DNA of 64,000 nt from an uncultured Acidobacteriota bacterium. Lineage in GTDB: Bacteria > Acidobacteriota > Blastocatellia > RBC074. Positions within the stretch are counted from its first letter, which is position 1. Every line of letters starts with the position of its first letter. The DNA lies in assembly GCA_963796275.1 (NCBI GenBank), contig CAWCKY010000003.1:1344001-1408000 (forward strand), written 5' to 3'. This document shows, one piece after another, positions 15,892 to 26,340 of this stretch. The notes below the pieces were generated by a model. It did not search any database. It saw only the letters and a list, made by a program, of their open reading frames with translations, and was not told where the DNA came from. The position numbers were made by a program, and so were the translations under genes.

Positions 15892-16692
15892 ATGTCGGCG
15901 AAGCGATCCATCATTTTGTTCGTATTGATAGCAACGATTTTCTGTATAAGCTGCGGGAGCAATGAAGAGGCGGTTGTCCCCGCCGGGCCGCTATGGAAGC
16001 CATCAGGAAATGAAGGCAATATTACGGGAGTCATATCTTTCAATGGCGAGGTTCCGGCACCGCGTAAAATGGAGATGAGCCAGGATTCGGCCTGCGAAAA
16101 TATGGGCGAGTCTTTCTTTGACGACGTAATCGTCAGCGACGGCAAACTGAAGAATGTCTTTGTCTATGTCAAGAACGGACTACCGAAAGCCTCTTTCGAG
16201 ATACCCGCTGCCGAAGTATCGCTCGATCAAAAGGGCTGCCAATACGTCCCGCGCGTTCTCGGGGTCCAGACGGGACAGGCGTTGAAGATCCTCAATTCCG
16301 ATCCGACCGATCACAATATTCATCCGACTCCGAAAATGAATAGGGAATGGAATCAGTCGCAGTTGGCGGGCCAGGGGCCGATCACCCGCAAGTTCACAAA
16401 AGAGGAGACCCTGTTTCAGGTAAAATGCAACAAACATCCGTGGATGACGGCCTGGCTGGGCGTGCTCTCACACCCGTTCTTCGCCGTCAGCGGCGCCGAT
16501 GGGTCGTTCGCAATCAAAGGCTTGCCGTCGGGTGAATATGAAATCGAAGCCTGGCACGAAAAGTACGGCGTCAGGACGCTGAAAGTAAAGGTGAATGAAC
16601 GCGCTGATTCGACTGCCGATTTTACGTTTAATGCGGATACGGCATACAAAGAGTCGTCATTAAAAATACAACCGGCAGTAGTCATTCCGTGA
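15892..16692 (+). CDS. Lipoprotein with cupredoxin-like / carboxypeptidase-regulatory-like domains (respiratory-cluster associated)
   Basis: Lipobox ISC; LDQKGCQYVP, NSDPTDHNIH, KCNKHPWM. Confidence 0.75.
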   Translation: MSAKRSIILFVLIATIFCISCGSNEEAVVPAGPLWKPSGNEGNITGVISFNGEVPAPRKMEMSQDSACENMGESFFDDVIVSDGKLKNVFVYVKNGLPKASFEIPAAEVSLDQKGCQYVPRVLGVQTGQALKILNSDPTDHNIHPTPKMNREWNQSQLAGQGPITRKFTKEETLFQVKCNKHPWMTAWLGVLSHPFFAVSGADGSFAIKGLPSGEYEIEAWHEKYGVRTLKVKVNERADSTADFTFNADTAYKESSLKIQPAVVIP

Positions 16693-16711
16693 TAAATAAC
16701 CGGGGTTTGCT

Positions 16712-17332
16712 GTGCCACCGACTCTGACGAAAAATAAGACCGGAGAGTCTTCGATTGCCGAACGCACTCCGCCGCCTGAAGGCTATCGCATCGCGATCTT
16801 GCTCGCGCTCGTCAGCATCACAATGCTGTTTCTTGCGTTGACGAGCGCATACATCTTCAATCGCGCGAATACCCAGCCTATCGTGATGCCCCGTGTCTTG
16901 TGGTTGAGCACGACCCTGATTATCGCCAGCAGCTTTACGATGGAGTTCGCGCGCCGTTCCCTGAGACTTAGGCACGAACGCCGGTTTAAAACCTGGCTGG
17001 TCGTCACGATGATGCTCGGGTTGGGTTTTTTGGGCGCACAGATCGCTGCATGGCGAGATCTGGTTGAGAGCGGGTTTTACATCAATCGAAATTTTTACAA
17101 CGGCTACGCGTATATCAGAAATTTCCACAGCAGCTATGCTTATATTTTTACCGGGCTACACGGCGTGCATCTTCTGGGGGGACTCGTTGCCCTGGCTTAT
17201 CTCACGATGCGCGATCAAGCGAGCTGGACGGCGGTCCGGAGACGCGTCTCGGTCGATGTGACGGCGCTTTACTGGCACTTCCTGGATGGGCTTTGGATCT
17301 ATCTTCTGGCCCTTCTATTTTTCTGGAAATGA
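16712..17332 (+). CDS. Heme-copper oxidase subunit III-like protein
   Basis: MLFLALTSAY, FLGAQ, TGLHGVH, YWHFLDGLW. Confidence 0.9.
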   Translation: MPPTLTKNKTGESSIAERTPPPEGYRIAILLALVSITMLFLALTSAYIFNRANTQPIVMPRVLWLSTTLIIASSFTMEFARRSLRLRHERRFKTWLVVTMMLGLGFLGAQIAAWRDLVESGFYINRNFYNGYAYIRNFHSSYAYIFTGLHGVHLLGGLVALAYLTMRDQASWTAVRRRVSVDVTALYWHFLDGLWIYLLALLFFWK

Positions 17333-17341
17333 GGAAACGAG

Positions 17342-17593
17342 ATGATTGTCGGACCAGTTTTGATTGCTTGCGCGGCGATTTCTCTGCAAACCATCACCGG
17401 CTATGCATACGTTCTCTGCCCGACGTGCAAAGCGAGCATTTCCGCTGACGGAAACGCTGGGGAGCTTGCGCAGACGATAAATTCGGCTATCCTGGTTTTA
17501 CTCGTGCCGACGCTTCTCATCATCGGCGGACTTATCAGATTAGTTTTTAAATATGTCAATTTCAGATACTTCCGACTCTCAACGCGATTTTGA
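17342..17593 (+). CDS. Small membrane protein with CxxC
   Basis: CPTCK followed by INSAILVLLVP TM helix; SD GAGG. Confidence 0.6.
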   Translation: MIVGPVLIACAAISLQTITGYAYVLCPTCKASISADGNAGELAQTINSAILVLLVPTLLIIGGLIRLVFKYVNFRYFRLSTRF

Positions 17594-17979
17594 ATAGCAT
17601 CAGTGCGGTCCTGCTAACAATCGGGTTTGTCTTTATTCGTCGCAAGAATATTAAAGCACATCGAGCCTGCATGATCGCCGCCTTTGCCACGTCAACATTA
17701 TTTCTTATCTCCTATCTCATTTATCACTATAACCACGGCGCGACGGGCTTTTCCGGAGAAGGAATAGTTCGATTTGTATATTTCACGGTTCTGATCACCC
17801 ACACGATACTGGCTGCGGCGATCGTACCGCTGGTTTTCATCACCTTTTCCCGGGCATTGAGAAAGAAGTTCGACAAGCACAAAAAGATAGCTAGATGGAC
17901 ATTACCGTTGTGGCTTTACGTTTCAGTGACGGGCGTGTTCGTATATTTGATGCTCTATCAACTCTACCCCGGGCGTTGA
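17553..17979 (+). CDS. DUF420 membrane protein (apparent +1 frameshift near 17568)
   Basis: [34 protein letters not shown] 17553 joins [10 protein letters not shown] if one base is removed. Confidence 0.8.
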
Positions 17980-18683
17980 ACTCGAGATGCGATCATTTGA
18001 CGCACGCTCTCGACCAGTTCATCGATATTCTCATCTCTGTATCCCTGCGCGCTGACTGGCGGAAGCACTTCCAGGAAGACATTTCCGGGCTCGCATTTTT
18101 TTGCGCCCTTCCCCAGCACCAGACCGGTATTGTTGATCACTACCGGCGCAATCGCCACCCCCGCTTCGATCGCCATATAGAATATTCCTTTTTTGAACTC
18201 AGCGACGCGGCCGTCAGCGCTCCGTGTGCCTTCGGGAAAAGCCATCAAAGAATGGCCGCGGCGGAGTTCTTCTGCGCCCCGCTTAGTGCTGGCGATCGCG
18301 CTTTCCCGGTTGCTCCTGTCGATCGTGACGACATGAGCGAGCGGAAACCCCTGTTTGAAAAACGGGACCTTTAACAACTCCTTTTTTGCGATCGCCCCGA
18401 CGTTGTGTCCCAGATGAGCGAACATCAAAGGCGGGTCGAGATTGCTCTGGTGATTGGCGACGAATACGTATGCCCGATCGCGATCCAGTTTATCGACCCC
18501 CTTTACGTGAACACGCGCCCCCGCCGACCAGAGATAGATGCGGCAGGCGAATTTGGCGTAAGGAAAAATGAAATCTTCGACGCCGAATACCGTCCGCAAG
18601 ATGTGGCCGATGAAGATCAGCGGCGGCCCCATCGTCAGTAGTAATAGTCCGGCAACCAGGAATGTCCAGTAGTAACGCAACAT
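17964..18683 (-). CDS. plsC: 1-acyl-sn-glycerol-3-phosphate acyltransferase
   Basis: NHQSNLD and FPEGTRS motifs. Confidence 0.9.
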   Translation of the reverse strand: MLRYYWTFLVAGLLLLTMGPPLIFIGHILRTVFGVEDFIFPYAKFACRIYLWSAGARVHVKGVDKLDRDRAYVFVANHQSNLDPPLMFAHLGHNVGAIAKKELLKVPFFKQGFPLAHVVTIDRSNRESAIASTKRGAEELRRGHSLMAFPEGTRSADGRVAEFKKGIFYMAIEAGVAIAPVVINNTGLVLGKGAKKCEPGNVFLEVLPPVSAQGYRDENIDELVESVRQMIASRVQRPG

Positions 18684-18686
18684 ACA

Positions 18687-18766
18687 TAATTGATAATTGA
18701 TAATTCGTATACACTCGGGCAATAATCTTTGCGAATTATCAATTATTCATTATTCATTATCCATTA
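18687..18766. repeat. Heptamer-repeat palindrome (TAATTGA)n...(TTATCAA/TTATTCA)n
   Basis: Direct heptamers forming inverted arms; sister copy at 56110-56210. Confidence 0.8.
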
Positions 18767-20044
18767 AATTATCGTTCCATCCGTAATGGTCGCGCCTTTG
18801 GGAATGATGACGATGCCTTCGCGTATAAAATAATTTCCGCCGTCGTGGTGTTCGAGCCCCGCTTCATTGAGTATCCGCACGTTCGAACCGATGCGCACGT
18901 TCTTATCGATGATTGCCTTGCGTATGTGGGTGTTTTCGCCGATACCTATCCACGGCAACCCATCCCTCCGGTCATCCGCCAACTCCTGCAGCGTTTGATA
19001 AAAATCGGCACCCATCATCAGAGAATGTTCGATAATGCTATGGCTCTCGATACGCGAACGTATACCGATCACGCAGTGGTTGATCGAGACGCGGTTGAGG
19101 ATGCAGCCTTCCGAGATCAGCGAATCTTTGATCTCGCAATCGATGAATTTGGTGCCGGGCAGATACCGCGGGCGAGTGAATATCGGCGCGTCGGCATTAA
19201 ACAGATTGAACTTCGGCATAATCGACGCCATATCCAGATTTGCGTGATAAAACGTGCTGATTGTTCCGATGTCTTCCCAATAATCGTCGAAGAGATACGC
19301 CTGAACATTATGGCTTTCCATCGATGCCGGCAACACTTCGCCGCCGAAATCGGTGTAATGCGTCCCGGTAAGCATCTTGCGCAGCACGTCGAATTTGAAC
19401 AGATAGACGCCCATCGAGGCCAGGAAGGGGCGGCGCATAGCCTCATCCTCGCTCAGCCCCAATTTCGAGGTGTCAACGAACATCGCGGGCAATTGGGTGG
19501 CGGGCGGTTTTTCGCGGAATTCGACGATGTGCCCCTGGTCATTTGTTTTAAGTAATCCGAAGTTGGGTGCGCGCGATTCTTCAACCGGGATCACTGAGAC
19601 GGTGACATCTGCCTTAGTCTCCACGTGGCGTTCGAAAAACTTCTGATAATCCATCTGATAGAGATGGTCGCCGGAGAGGATCAGGACGTCTTTCGGATTG
19701 AAGTCGTCGATGTGCATCATCACCTGGCGCACAGCATCGGCGTTTCCCTGAAACCAATTTCTGTTCTCAGGCGTTTGCTCCGCCGCCAATATCTCGACGA
19801 AGCCGTCCGAGAAGCGGCTGAAGCGGTATGTCCGGGCTATATGCCTGTTGAGCGATGCCGAATTGAATTGCGTCAGCACAAAAATGTAATGAAAGCCTGA
19901 ATTGATACAGTTGGAAACCGTAATATCGATAAGACGGTATTTGCCGCCGAGCGGGACCGCAGGTTTGGAGCGCTGTTGAGTGAGCGGGAAGAGGCGAGAC
20001 CCCTGGCCGCCGCCGAGTATTATGGTTAAAACCTGATTGATCAT
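18764..20044 (-). CDS. glgC: Glucose-1-phosphate adenylyltransferase
   Basis: [44 protein letters not shown]. Confidence 0.97.
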   Translation of the reverse strand: MINQVLTIILGGGQGSRLFPLTQQRSKPAVPLGGKYRLIDITVSNCINSGFHYIFVLTQFNSASLNRHIARTYRFSRFSDGFVEILAAEQTPENRNWFQGNADAVRQVMMHIDDFNPKDVLILSGDHLYQMDYQKFFERHVETKADVTVSVIPVEESRAPNFGLLKTNDQGHIVEFREKPPATQLPAMFVDTSKLGLSEDEAMRRPFLASMGVYLFKFDVLRKMLTGTHYTDFGGEVLPASMESHNVQAYLFDDYWEDIGTISTFYHANLDMASIMPKFNLFNADAPIFTRPRYLPGTKFIDCEIKDSLISEGCILNRVSINHCVIGIRSRIESHSIIEHSLMMGADFYQTLQELADDRRDGLPWIGIGENTHIRKAIIDKNVRIGSNVRILNEAGLEHHDGGNYFIREGIVIIPKGATITDGTII

Positions 20045-20167
20045 AAGGACTCCTTGATCATAAATTACCCCAGCTTTTATCCTTTGCTCATTTGATTGTC
20101 TGAGCTAAGCTTGAAGGCGCCTGAGCATAAGAGAGCAAAATACGTTTTTCAAGGGACGGGAAGACCG

Positions 20168-21073
20168 ATGTTTTCTATCTCGCCGATTGTGGCAGCAGCG
20201 CTCGGCCGTCGAAATGCGGTCGTCGCGCTCGAATCGACAGTCATAGCGCACGGACTGCCTTCGCCGTACAACCTCGAAACGGCGCGGGCTTGCGAGAGTG
20301 CCGTCTCCCAATCCGGAGCCGTTCCGGCGACCATCGGAATTATCGACGGGGTGCCTCTGATCGGTATGGACCAGGATCAGCTCGCCGAAATCGCCGCGCG
20401 CAAAAATGTCGTTAAAGTAAATCTTGCAAATATAGCTTCGGTCATCGCCCGGAGGAAATGGGGTGCGACGACCGTCTCATCGAGTTTGCATCTGGCGCAG
20501 ATGGCTGGCATCAGAGTTTTTGCAACGGGAGGCATCGGGGGAGCGCATCGCGGCGCAGGCGAGAGCTTCGATATTTCGGCCGACCTCAACGCTCTCTCTC
20601 GTTATCCCGCAATCACCGTCTGCGCAGGCGCGAAGGCGATCCTCGATCTGCCGAAAACACTCGAGCTGCTAGAAACGATGGGGGTACCGGTCATAGGTTA
20701 CCAGACTGATGAGCTGCCGGCATTCTATTCTCGGGCGAGCGGGCTGAGGCTAGATTTAAGCGCTGATGACGCCGATGACATCGCCGCAGTCGCCCATCAA
20801 CACTGGCGATTGGGGTTTCCCTCAGCTGTGCTCGTGGTTGTCCCCGTGCCGCTGGAAGACGAGATTCCGGAGCCTGAGATCAGAGATGCGATAGATAGAT
20901 CGCTCAGCCTGGCCGCAGCGCGAGGGATCAGCGGGAAGGCTGTTACACCATTTTTGCTCTCGCAAATTGCGGAATCGACTGGAGGCCGGGCCCTGCGCGC
21001 GAATATAGCCCTTCTGCGCAACAACGCGCGAGTGGCGGGCGAGATTGCAATAGCTCTATCGAAAGGGGAGTAA
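20168..21073 (+). CDS. psuG: Pseudouridine-5'-phosphate glycosidase (IndA family)
   Basis: [45 protein letters not shown]. Confidence 0.95.
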   Translation: MFSISPIVAAALGRRNAVVALESTVIAHGLPSPYNLETARACESAVSQSGAVPATIGIIDGVPLIGMDQDQLAEIAARKNVVKVNLANIASVIARRKWGATTVSSSLHLAQMAGIRVFATGGIGGAHRGAGESFDISADLNALSRYPAITVCAGAKAILDLPKTLELLETMGVPVIGYQTDELPAFYSRASGLRLDLSADDADDIAAVAHQHWRLGFPSAVLVVVPVPLEDEIPEPEIRDAIDRSLSLAAARGISGKAVTPFLLSQIAESTGGRALRANIALLRNNARVAGEIAIALSKGE

Positions 21074-21076
21074 TCG

Positions 21077-21571
21077 ATGAACCTCGATGACATACGAAAT
21101 CTTTTCAACTACACCGAATGGGCGAACCACCTCGTGCTCGATGCAGTTGAGAGGCTGAGCGAAGAGCAACGGAAACACGACTTCAAAATCAGCCACGGCT
21201 CGATACAGGGCACGCTCTTGCATACGGCCGGCGCCGAATGGCTCTGGCTCGAGCGGTGGCGCGGCACCTCGCACACGGGCCTCTGGGCCGCCGAAGATTT
21301 CGTAGGCATACCGGCAATTCGCGCGCGCTGGCAGCTGATTGAAGCAGAGCGCCAGTCTTTCATCGATAGTTTGAGCGAAGATGAATTAAGCGGTGATCTG
21401 AGCTATCGGAATCTCAAGGGAGAGCCATTTACTCTGCCGCTCGTCGCGCAGATGCAGCACGTGGTTAATCATTCGTCGCAACATCGCGGACAGGCGGTGG
21501 GAATGATCCGCCAGCTCGGCGTGCAGCCTCCCGCGGTCGATCTGCTTTATTATTTGATCCAGGGGAAATGA
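21077..21571 (+). CDS. DinB-family protein
   Basis: YTEWAN, TLLH...E..W, HVVNHSSQHRGQ. Confidence 0.9.
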   Translation: MNLDDIRNLFNYTEWANHLVLDAVERLSEEQRKHDFKISHGSIQGTLLHTAGAEWLWLERWRGTSHTGLWAAEDFVGIPAIRARWQLIEAERQSFIDSLSEDELSGDLSYRNLKGEPFTLPLVAQMQHVVNHSSQHRGQAVGMIRQLGVQPPAVDLLYYLIQGK

Positions 21572-21654
21572 AAATTTAGCCAGGGCAAAATTCAAGCGGA
21601 GCATCGGGTGTCCAGAGGCTCCGTCTGAATTTTGAATCTATCGGAAAGATCGTT

Positions 21655-22428
21655 TTGAAGATAATCGCCATCGCTCTCAATACATTTCGCGAATCGGTGC
21701 GTGACCGCGTTCTCTACAACCTCGTGCTTTTTATGCTGCTGCTCGTCATCGCATCGATTGTCATGGGCCGCATCGCTGTGGGGCAGGAAGCGCAGATTGT
21801 GATCGATGTTGGCCTCTCGGCGATGACGATCTTCGGCCTGCTGATCGCCATATTCATCGGCATCGGCCTGGTAGCGAAGGAGATCGAAAAAAGGACCATC
21901 GCAGTTATACTCGCCAAACCGGTTCGCCGCTCGACCTTCGTTCTGGGTAAATATTTTGGTTTATGCTTGACGCTGTTCGTAAACACAGCAGTGATGACCG
22001 TCGCCATTATGCTCGCGCTGCTCTATGTCAAAAGCGGGTTTGACCCGACGCAAGTAAGGCTATGGCCGGGCGCTTTTTTGATCTTCCTCGAGCTCGCGAT
22101 CATCACCGCCGTCGCGCTGCTATTCTCTTGCTTCTCGTCGCCCGCGCTTTCAGCCCTCTTCACCTTGTTGATCTTTCTCATCGGCCGCTGGAGTCCAGAT
22201 TTGAAACTCCTCGCCGAAACCTCCACTTCGATCGTCACACGCATGCTCTGCCGCGCGCTTTATCACCTGCTGCCGAATCTGGCGAATTTCAATTACATCA
22301 ACGAAATTGCGCGTGGTGAGGCAGTACCATCGCGGATGATCGCCGCCAACGCTATTTATGCGAGCTGTTATGTCGTGGGATTGTTGGCTGCATCCGTGCT
22401 GATATTCGAGCGTAGGAATTTTAAATGA
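21655..22428 (+). CDS. ABC-2 permease (PilI/XapC-like)
   Basis: IALNTFRESVRDR, KEIEKRTI...KPVRR..FVLGKY; 6 TMs. Confidence 0.85.
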   Translation: MKIIAIALNTFRESVRDRVLYNLVLFMLLLVIASIVMGRIAVGQEAQIVIDVGLSAMTIFGLLIAIFIGIGLVAKEIEKRTIAVILAKPVRRSTFVLGKYFGLCLTLFVNTAVMTVAIMLALLYVKSGFDPTQVRLWPGAFLIFLELAIITAVALLFSCFSSPALSALFTLLIFLIGRWSPDLKLLAETSTSIVTRMLCRALYHLLPNLANFNYINEIARGEAVPSRMIAANAIYASCYVVGLLAASVLIFERRNFK

Positions 22429-23090
22429 AGAGCTGGGCATTCATTTTGATCATCGGCATCGGATTGAGCGCGGCCGCGCAGAACTGGCTCGACGGTCAAC
22501 GCCCGCCGTCAGAAATGCCGGGACCGATCGATGAATCGCTATATATGACATCGGGCGAGGCTCTGAAACGTGCGAGCGTCGGATTTGACGGGATGCTGGC
22601 CGATCTCTACTGGATTCGAACGATCCAGTACTTCGGCGTCAATCTGGATCAGCAAAAGGCAGCGATAGGCGTAGTCGATCTGCGAGAGCTGCGCCAACTC
22701 AGGCCTCTGCTTGAAATCACAACCGAACTAAACCCTCATCACATCGCGGCCTATCGGTTTGGGGCGTTCTTCTTACAATACATCGATCCGGAAAAGGCGG
22801 TGAGTTTCGCCGAGCGTGGGATTCGCAATAATCCGAGTGAGTGGCGGCTCTATCAGGATCTCGGGTTTATTTATTGGCGGCTCGCTCGCTATCGTGAAGC
22901 GAGCGAAGCTTATCTGTCAGGGAGCCGCATCGCGGGAGCGCCGCCGTGGATGGAGGCTATGGCGGCCACCATGCTCGTCAGCGGCGGTGACAGTGAGACG
23001 GCGCGCGAGATTTTCGCGCGGCTTTGTGAAGGTAGCGATGACAAGTTCATCAGACAACTCTGCCAAGATAATCAACCTCGCGAACGGTAG
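22425..23090 (+). CDS. TPR-like accessory protein (PilG/XapA-like)
   Basis: GFDGMLADLYWIRTIQYFG, NP.EWRLYQDLGFIYW; overlaps permease stop (ATGA). Confidence 0.7.
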   Translation: MKSWAFILIIGIGLSAAAQNWLDGQRPPSEMPGPIDESLYMTSGEALKRASVGFDGMLADLYWIRTIQYFGVNLDQQKAAIGVVDLRELRQLRPLLEITTELNPHHIAAYRFGAFFLQYIDPEKAVSFAERGIRNNPSEWRLYQDLGFIYWRLARYREASEAYLSGSRIAGAPPWMEAMAATMLVSGGDSETAREIFARLCEGSDDKFIRQLCQDNQPRER

Positions 23091-23143
23091 CGAGCGAGTC
23101 TTAATGTGTCATTGATCGAGACTGGCTCGCCAACGCTCGCGGT
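23079..23143. repeat. REP-like palindrome CGCGAACGGTAGCGAGCG...GCTCGCCAACGCTCGCGG
   Basis: Imperfect inverted repeat containing GTAG; supplies the stop codon of the upstream ORF. Confidence 0.6.
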
Positions 23144-23179
23144 GCTGATTCATCCTTACGGCTAACGCTCATAATACCG

Positions 23180-24145
23180 ATGCACGCTCTCGAAGTTGAA
23201 AATCTAACCCACGATTATCAAACCGGTTTCTGGCGCAAATGCACGATGCGCGCGCTAGATGGGCTGAGCCTGCGGGTCGAGGCCGGCGAGGTATTCGGCT
23301 TTCTCGGGCCCAATGGAGCCGGCAAAACCACGACTTTCAAAATCCTGATGCGCTTGATCACGCCTAACGCAGGGACGGCGCGCATTCTCGGTCGCTCGTT
23401 GGGTGATCTGCAGATGCGCAGGCGCATCGGATATCTGCCCGAGCAGCCGTATTTTTACGATTACCTCACCGCGCGGGAATTTTTGAACTACTGCGGAGCA
23501 TTGTGTGATCTGCCGCGCGAGGAAGCGAGGCGAAGAGCAGAGGGTCTTCTCGATCAGGTCGGTCTCAGCGACTCGGCGGAGAAGCATCTGCGCAGGTTTT
23601 CCAAAGGAATGTTGCAGCGCATCGGTTTGGCGCAGGCGTTGATCAACGATCCTGAAGTACTTTTTTTGGATGAGCCTATGTCGGCGCTCGATCCGCTCGG
23701 ACGGCGGGAGGTGCGCAACCTTATTGCGAGCCTGCGCGCGCAAGGGAAAACGATATTCTTCTCTTCCCACATTTTGACCGACGTCGAGGCGATGTGCGAT
23801 AGGGTGGCGATTCTGAGCAATGGGAGACTGGTAGAACAGGGGAAACTCTCGGATATCCTCAAGAGCCGCAGCAATGAAATCGAAGCAGTCTTGAGCGGGG
23901 TGAGCCACGATGCTTTGGTTGACCTGCGTACATTTGCCGTCGAAGTCACCCCGACGCCGGAGGGAGCGCGGGTGAGGCTGAGAGATGACCATGACATCGC
24001 GCAACTGCTGGCCATCGTGCATCGGAATGGCGGGCGATTGGTTTCGGTCAATCCGGTCCGGGAATCCCTCGAAGAATTGTTCGTGAGAGAAGTCGCCGAG
24101 GGTTCGCACAGACCGCATCCGGGAAGTTATAATCGAGTGCGATGA
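23180..24145 (+). CDS. ABC transporter ATP-binding protein (PilH/XapB-like)
   Basis: GPNGAGKTT, FSKGMLQR, LFLDEP, SSHIL. Confidence 0.93.
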   Translation: MHALEVENLTHDYQTGFWRKCTMRALDGLSLRVEAGEVFGFLGPNGAGKTTTFKILMRLITPNAGTARILGRSLGDLQMRRRIGYLPEQPYFYDYLTAREFLNYCGALCDLPREEARRRAEGLLDQVGLSDSAEKHLRRFSKGMLQRIGLAQALINDPEVLFLDEPMSALDPLGRREVRNLIASLRAQGKTIFFSSHILTDVEAMCDRVAILSNGRLVEQGKLSDILKSRSNEIEAVLSGVSHDALVDLRTFAVEVTPTPEGARVRLRDDHDIAQLLAIVHRNGGRLVSVNPVRESLEELFVREVAEGSHRPHPGSYNRVR

Positions 24146-24150
24146 TTTCA

Positions 24151-24810
24151 ATGAAAAAAACTTGGCTTACCGTTTCATTGCTATTTTTTGTAGTCCCCCT
24201 CTGCCCGAACATCGGCGCTCAATCGACCGAGCTCGATCAACTGGTCATGGGTCTGCAAAAGAAATACAACAAACTCCGAACGCTCTCTCTCGATTTTACA
24301 CAGATATTTACCTCGCCCAGCGAAGGCACGCGACGAGAGGCCGGCCATCTTCTGCTCAAGAAGCCGGGCCGAATGCGCTGGGACTATACATTTCCCGAAA
24401 ACAAACTTTTCGTTTCGAACGGAAGGGTGATGTACGAGTATGTTCCGACTGATAATTATGCGACGAAAACGTCCGTGAGGGAGGCGGATGACATGCGCGC
24501 GCCCTTTATGTTCCTGCTCGGTCGCGGCAATTTGCGCGGCGAATTCACTTTGATAGAATTTGCCAAGGAATCGCCGGTCAGGGGAGGGAATAAGGTTCTG
24601 CGGATGATACCCAAAAAGACCCAGGAATTTCGGGAGTTGCTGATCGAAGTCGAACCGAACAGCTTGCAACTCGCGCGGCTCTCTTTTGTCGACAGCGATG
24701 GCTCGCGCTCGGATTTTCTCTTCTCCAACGTTCGCGAGAATACACCGGCCAGGACGGACCTTTTCTTTTTCAAAGCCCCACCCGGCGTCGAAGTGAGAGA
24801 GATCGATTGA
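24151..24810 (+). CDS. lolA: Outer-membrane lipoprotein carrier LolA
   Basis: Signal peptide; DFTQ, KKPGRMRWDY, F.F.APPGVEV. Confidence 0.85.
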   Translation: MKKTWLTVSLLFFVVPLCPNIGAQSTELDQLVMGLQKKYNKLRTLSLDFTQIFTSPSEGTRREAGHLLLKKPGRMRWDYTFPENKLFVSNGRVMYEYVPTDNYATKTSVREADDMRAPFMFLLGRGNLRGEFTLIEFAKESPVRGGNKVLRMIPKKTQEFRELLIEVEPNSLQLARLSFVDSDGSRSDFLFSNVRENTPARTDLFFFKAPPGVEVREID

Positions 24811-25463
24811 TGGGAAAGATTCATATATTCTCCGACTTCGACGGTACAATCACAGAGAAAGATACGCTCATTTTTCTGGCGACGCATCTGGGCGGAGGTG
24901 CGCAGATGGTCGAGGCAATCGGCCGCCTGATCCGCGATGGCAAGCTGAGTTTGCGAGATGGGATTGCCGGTGAGATGAGAAGCATTCGCAAGCCTTTTTC
25001 GGAAGCCGTAAAATTGTTACGAGATGTGCGGATAGACCGCGGTTTTGTCCCCCTTTCGCGTTGGTGCGAGGAGAAGAATATCCCGCTGACTGTATTGAGT
25101 GCGGGATTTCATCAAATTATCGATCTCTTCCTTCCTGATGATGATTTTCCGAATATAGAAATCATCGCGAATGATGTTCGGCCAGATGAACGGGATGGCT
25201 GGCAGTGCCTTTTTCGCGATGAAACGCCGTACGGTCACGACAAGAGTTTGGCGCTGCGAGCGGCTCGCGAACGCGGTGAATATGCGATCTTCATCGGCGA
25301 CGGCTTGTCGGATCTGGCCGCTGCCGAAGCGGCAGATGAAGTCTTCGCCAAGCATTCGCTGGCCGAGTACTGCCGTAACCGTGGAATAAATTGCCGTGAA
25401 TATCAGACATTCGATGAGATTTTGAAAGATTTGCAGGGAAGAGAATTACTAGGGAAACAGTAG
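24810..25463 (+). CDS. HAD-IB phosphatase (MtnX-like)
   Basis: DFDGTIT, LSAG, GHDK, IGDGLSD, VFAK. Confidence 0.85.
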   Translation: MGKIHIFSDFDGTITEKDTLIFLATHLGGGAQMVEAIGRLIRDGKLSLRDGIAGEMRSIRKPFSEAVKLLRDVRIDRGFVPLSRWCEEKNIPLTVLSAGFHQIIDLFLPDDDFPNIEIIANDVRPDERDGWQCLFRDETPYGHDKSLALRAARERGEYAIFIGDGLSDLAAAEAADEVFAKHSLAEYCRNRGINCREYQTFDEILKDLQGRELLGKQ

Positions 25464-25481
25464 GAAAGTAGGAAAATAATC

Positions 25482-25542
25482 TTTTAGTTTTCAGTTTTTA
25501 GCTGCTGATCGAGACAGCTCAGCTGAAAACTAAAAACTGAAA
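25482..25542. repeat. Heptamer palindrome (TTTTCAG)n-GATCGAGAC core-(CTGAAAA)n
   Basis: Family members at 33065, 34255 and 62525. Confidence 0.8.
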
Positions 25543-25545
25543 TTA

Positions 25546-25614
25546 ACTGCTCATCCTCTTCACCGCTAACACGGCGAAGAGGCTGCCGCCACTAATGCGA
25601 GGAGGCTGAGCGGT
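25546..25614. ncRNA. Small three-way-junction structured element
   Basis: Closing stem ACTGCTCA/TGAGCGGT; hairpin CCTCTTCACCG-CTAACA-CGGCGAAGAGG; second short hairpin with CACTAAT loop. Confidence 0.35.
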
Positions 25615-25670
25615 CACAAAAAATCCTCCATTTCCTGTCTTACATTTTCCGACTGACAGCCGAATAGCAG

Positions 25671-26312
25671 ATGATGAATAGCGAAACAACTGTGAAATTC
25701 ATTGAAAAAGGGCGCGTGATCGCCATCATGCGCGGCGATTTCGGTGGAGGCGAAGAGGAAATTGTTTCGGTAGTGGTTGAAGCCGGAATTACCGCGGTCG
25801 AAGTCACGCTCAATTCGCCCAACGCAATAGACGCCATTAAGCGAATCGCGGAAAGATTCGGTAATCGGGCTGCCGTCGGAGCGGGCACCGTGCTCAGCGC
25901 TGATGATGTCGAGCGAGTAGCTGCTGCCGGAGCGCAATTCATCGTCTCGCCCAACCGCAATCTAAAAGTAATCGACACGACAAAACGTCTCGGTCTCGCC
26001 TCTTTTCCGGGTTGCTTCACGCCTTCGGAGATCGTAGAGGCTGTCGACGCGGGCGCAGATGCCGTGAAGCTATTCCCGGCGGTCAGTCTCGGCGTGAATT
26101 TTGTGAAATCATTGCGCGGTCCATTCCCGGATGTTCGTGTCGTGCCCACGGGCGGGATTACGCCCGCCGCGGCTCGAGAATACCTTGCCGCCGGTGCCTG
26201 GGCTATCGGCGCGGGTTCGGAATTGATCGGCAAAGATTCGATGCAGCCGGGAGGGCTGGAAAAATTGCGCGCGCGAGCCGCAGCCTTTACTGAAGCGATC
26301 AACCGCCGTTAG
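25671..26312 (+). CDS. KDPG/KDPGal aldolase (Eda/DgoA family)
   Basis: EVTLNSP, GAGTVL, FIVSP, TPSEI, KLFPA, VPTGGI. Confidence 0.92.
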   Translation: MMNSETTVKFIEKGRVIAIMRGDFGGGEEEIVSVVVEAGITAVEVTLNSPNAIDAIKRIAERFGNRAAVGAGTVLSADDVERVAAAGAQFIVSPNRNLKVIDTTKRLGLASFPGCFTPSEIVEAVDAGADAVKLFPAVSLGVNFVKSLRGPFPDVRVVPTGGITPAAAREYLAAGAWAIGAGSELIGKDSMQPGGLEKLRARAAAFTEAINRR

Positions 26313-26340
26313 CAGTATCGGAGGCAAAGAGCCTTCCAAT

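Noticed and set aside
20168-21073. psuG without an adjacent pseudouridine kinase
   Set aside because: The kinase may lie elsewhere; cannot be judged from this window
23255-24151. Long antisense ORFs (e.g. 298 aa here; also 18845-19555, 24181-24849, 25640-26302)
   Set aside because: Shadows of well-supported genes in GC-rich DNA with no recognisable motifs
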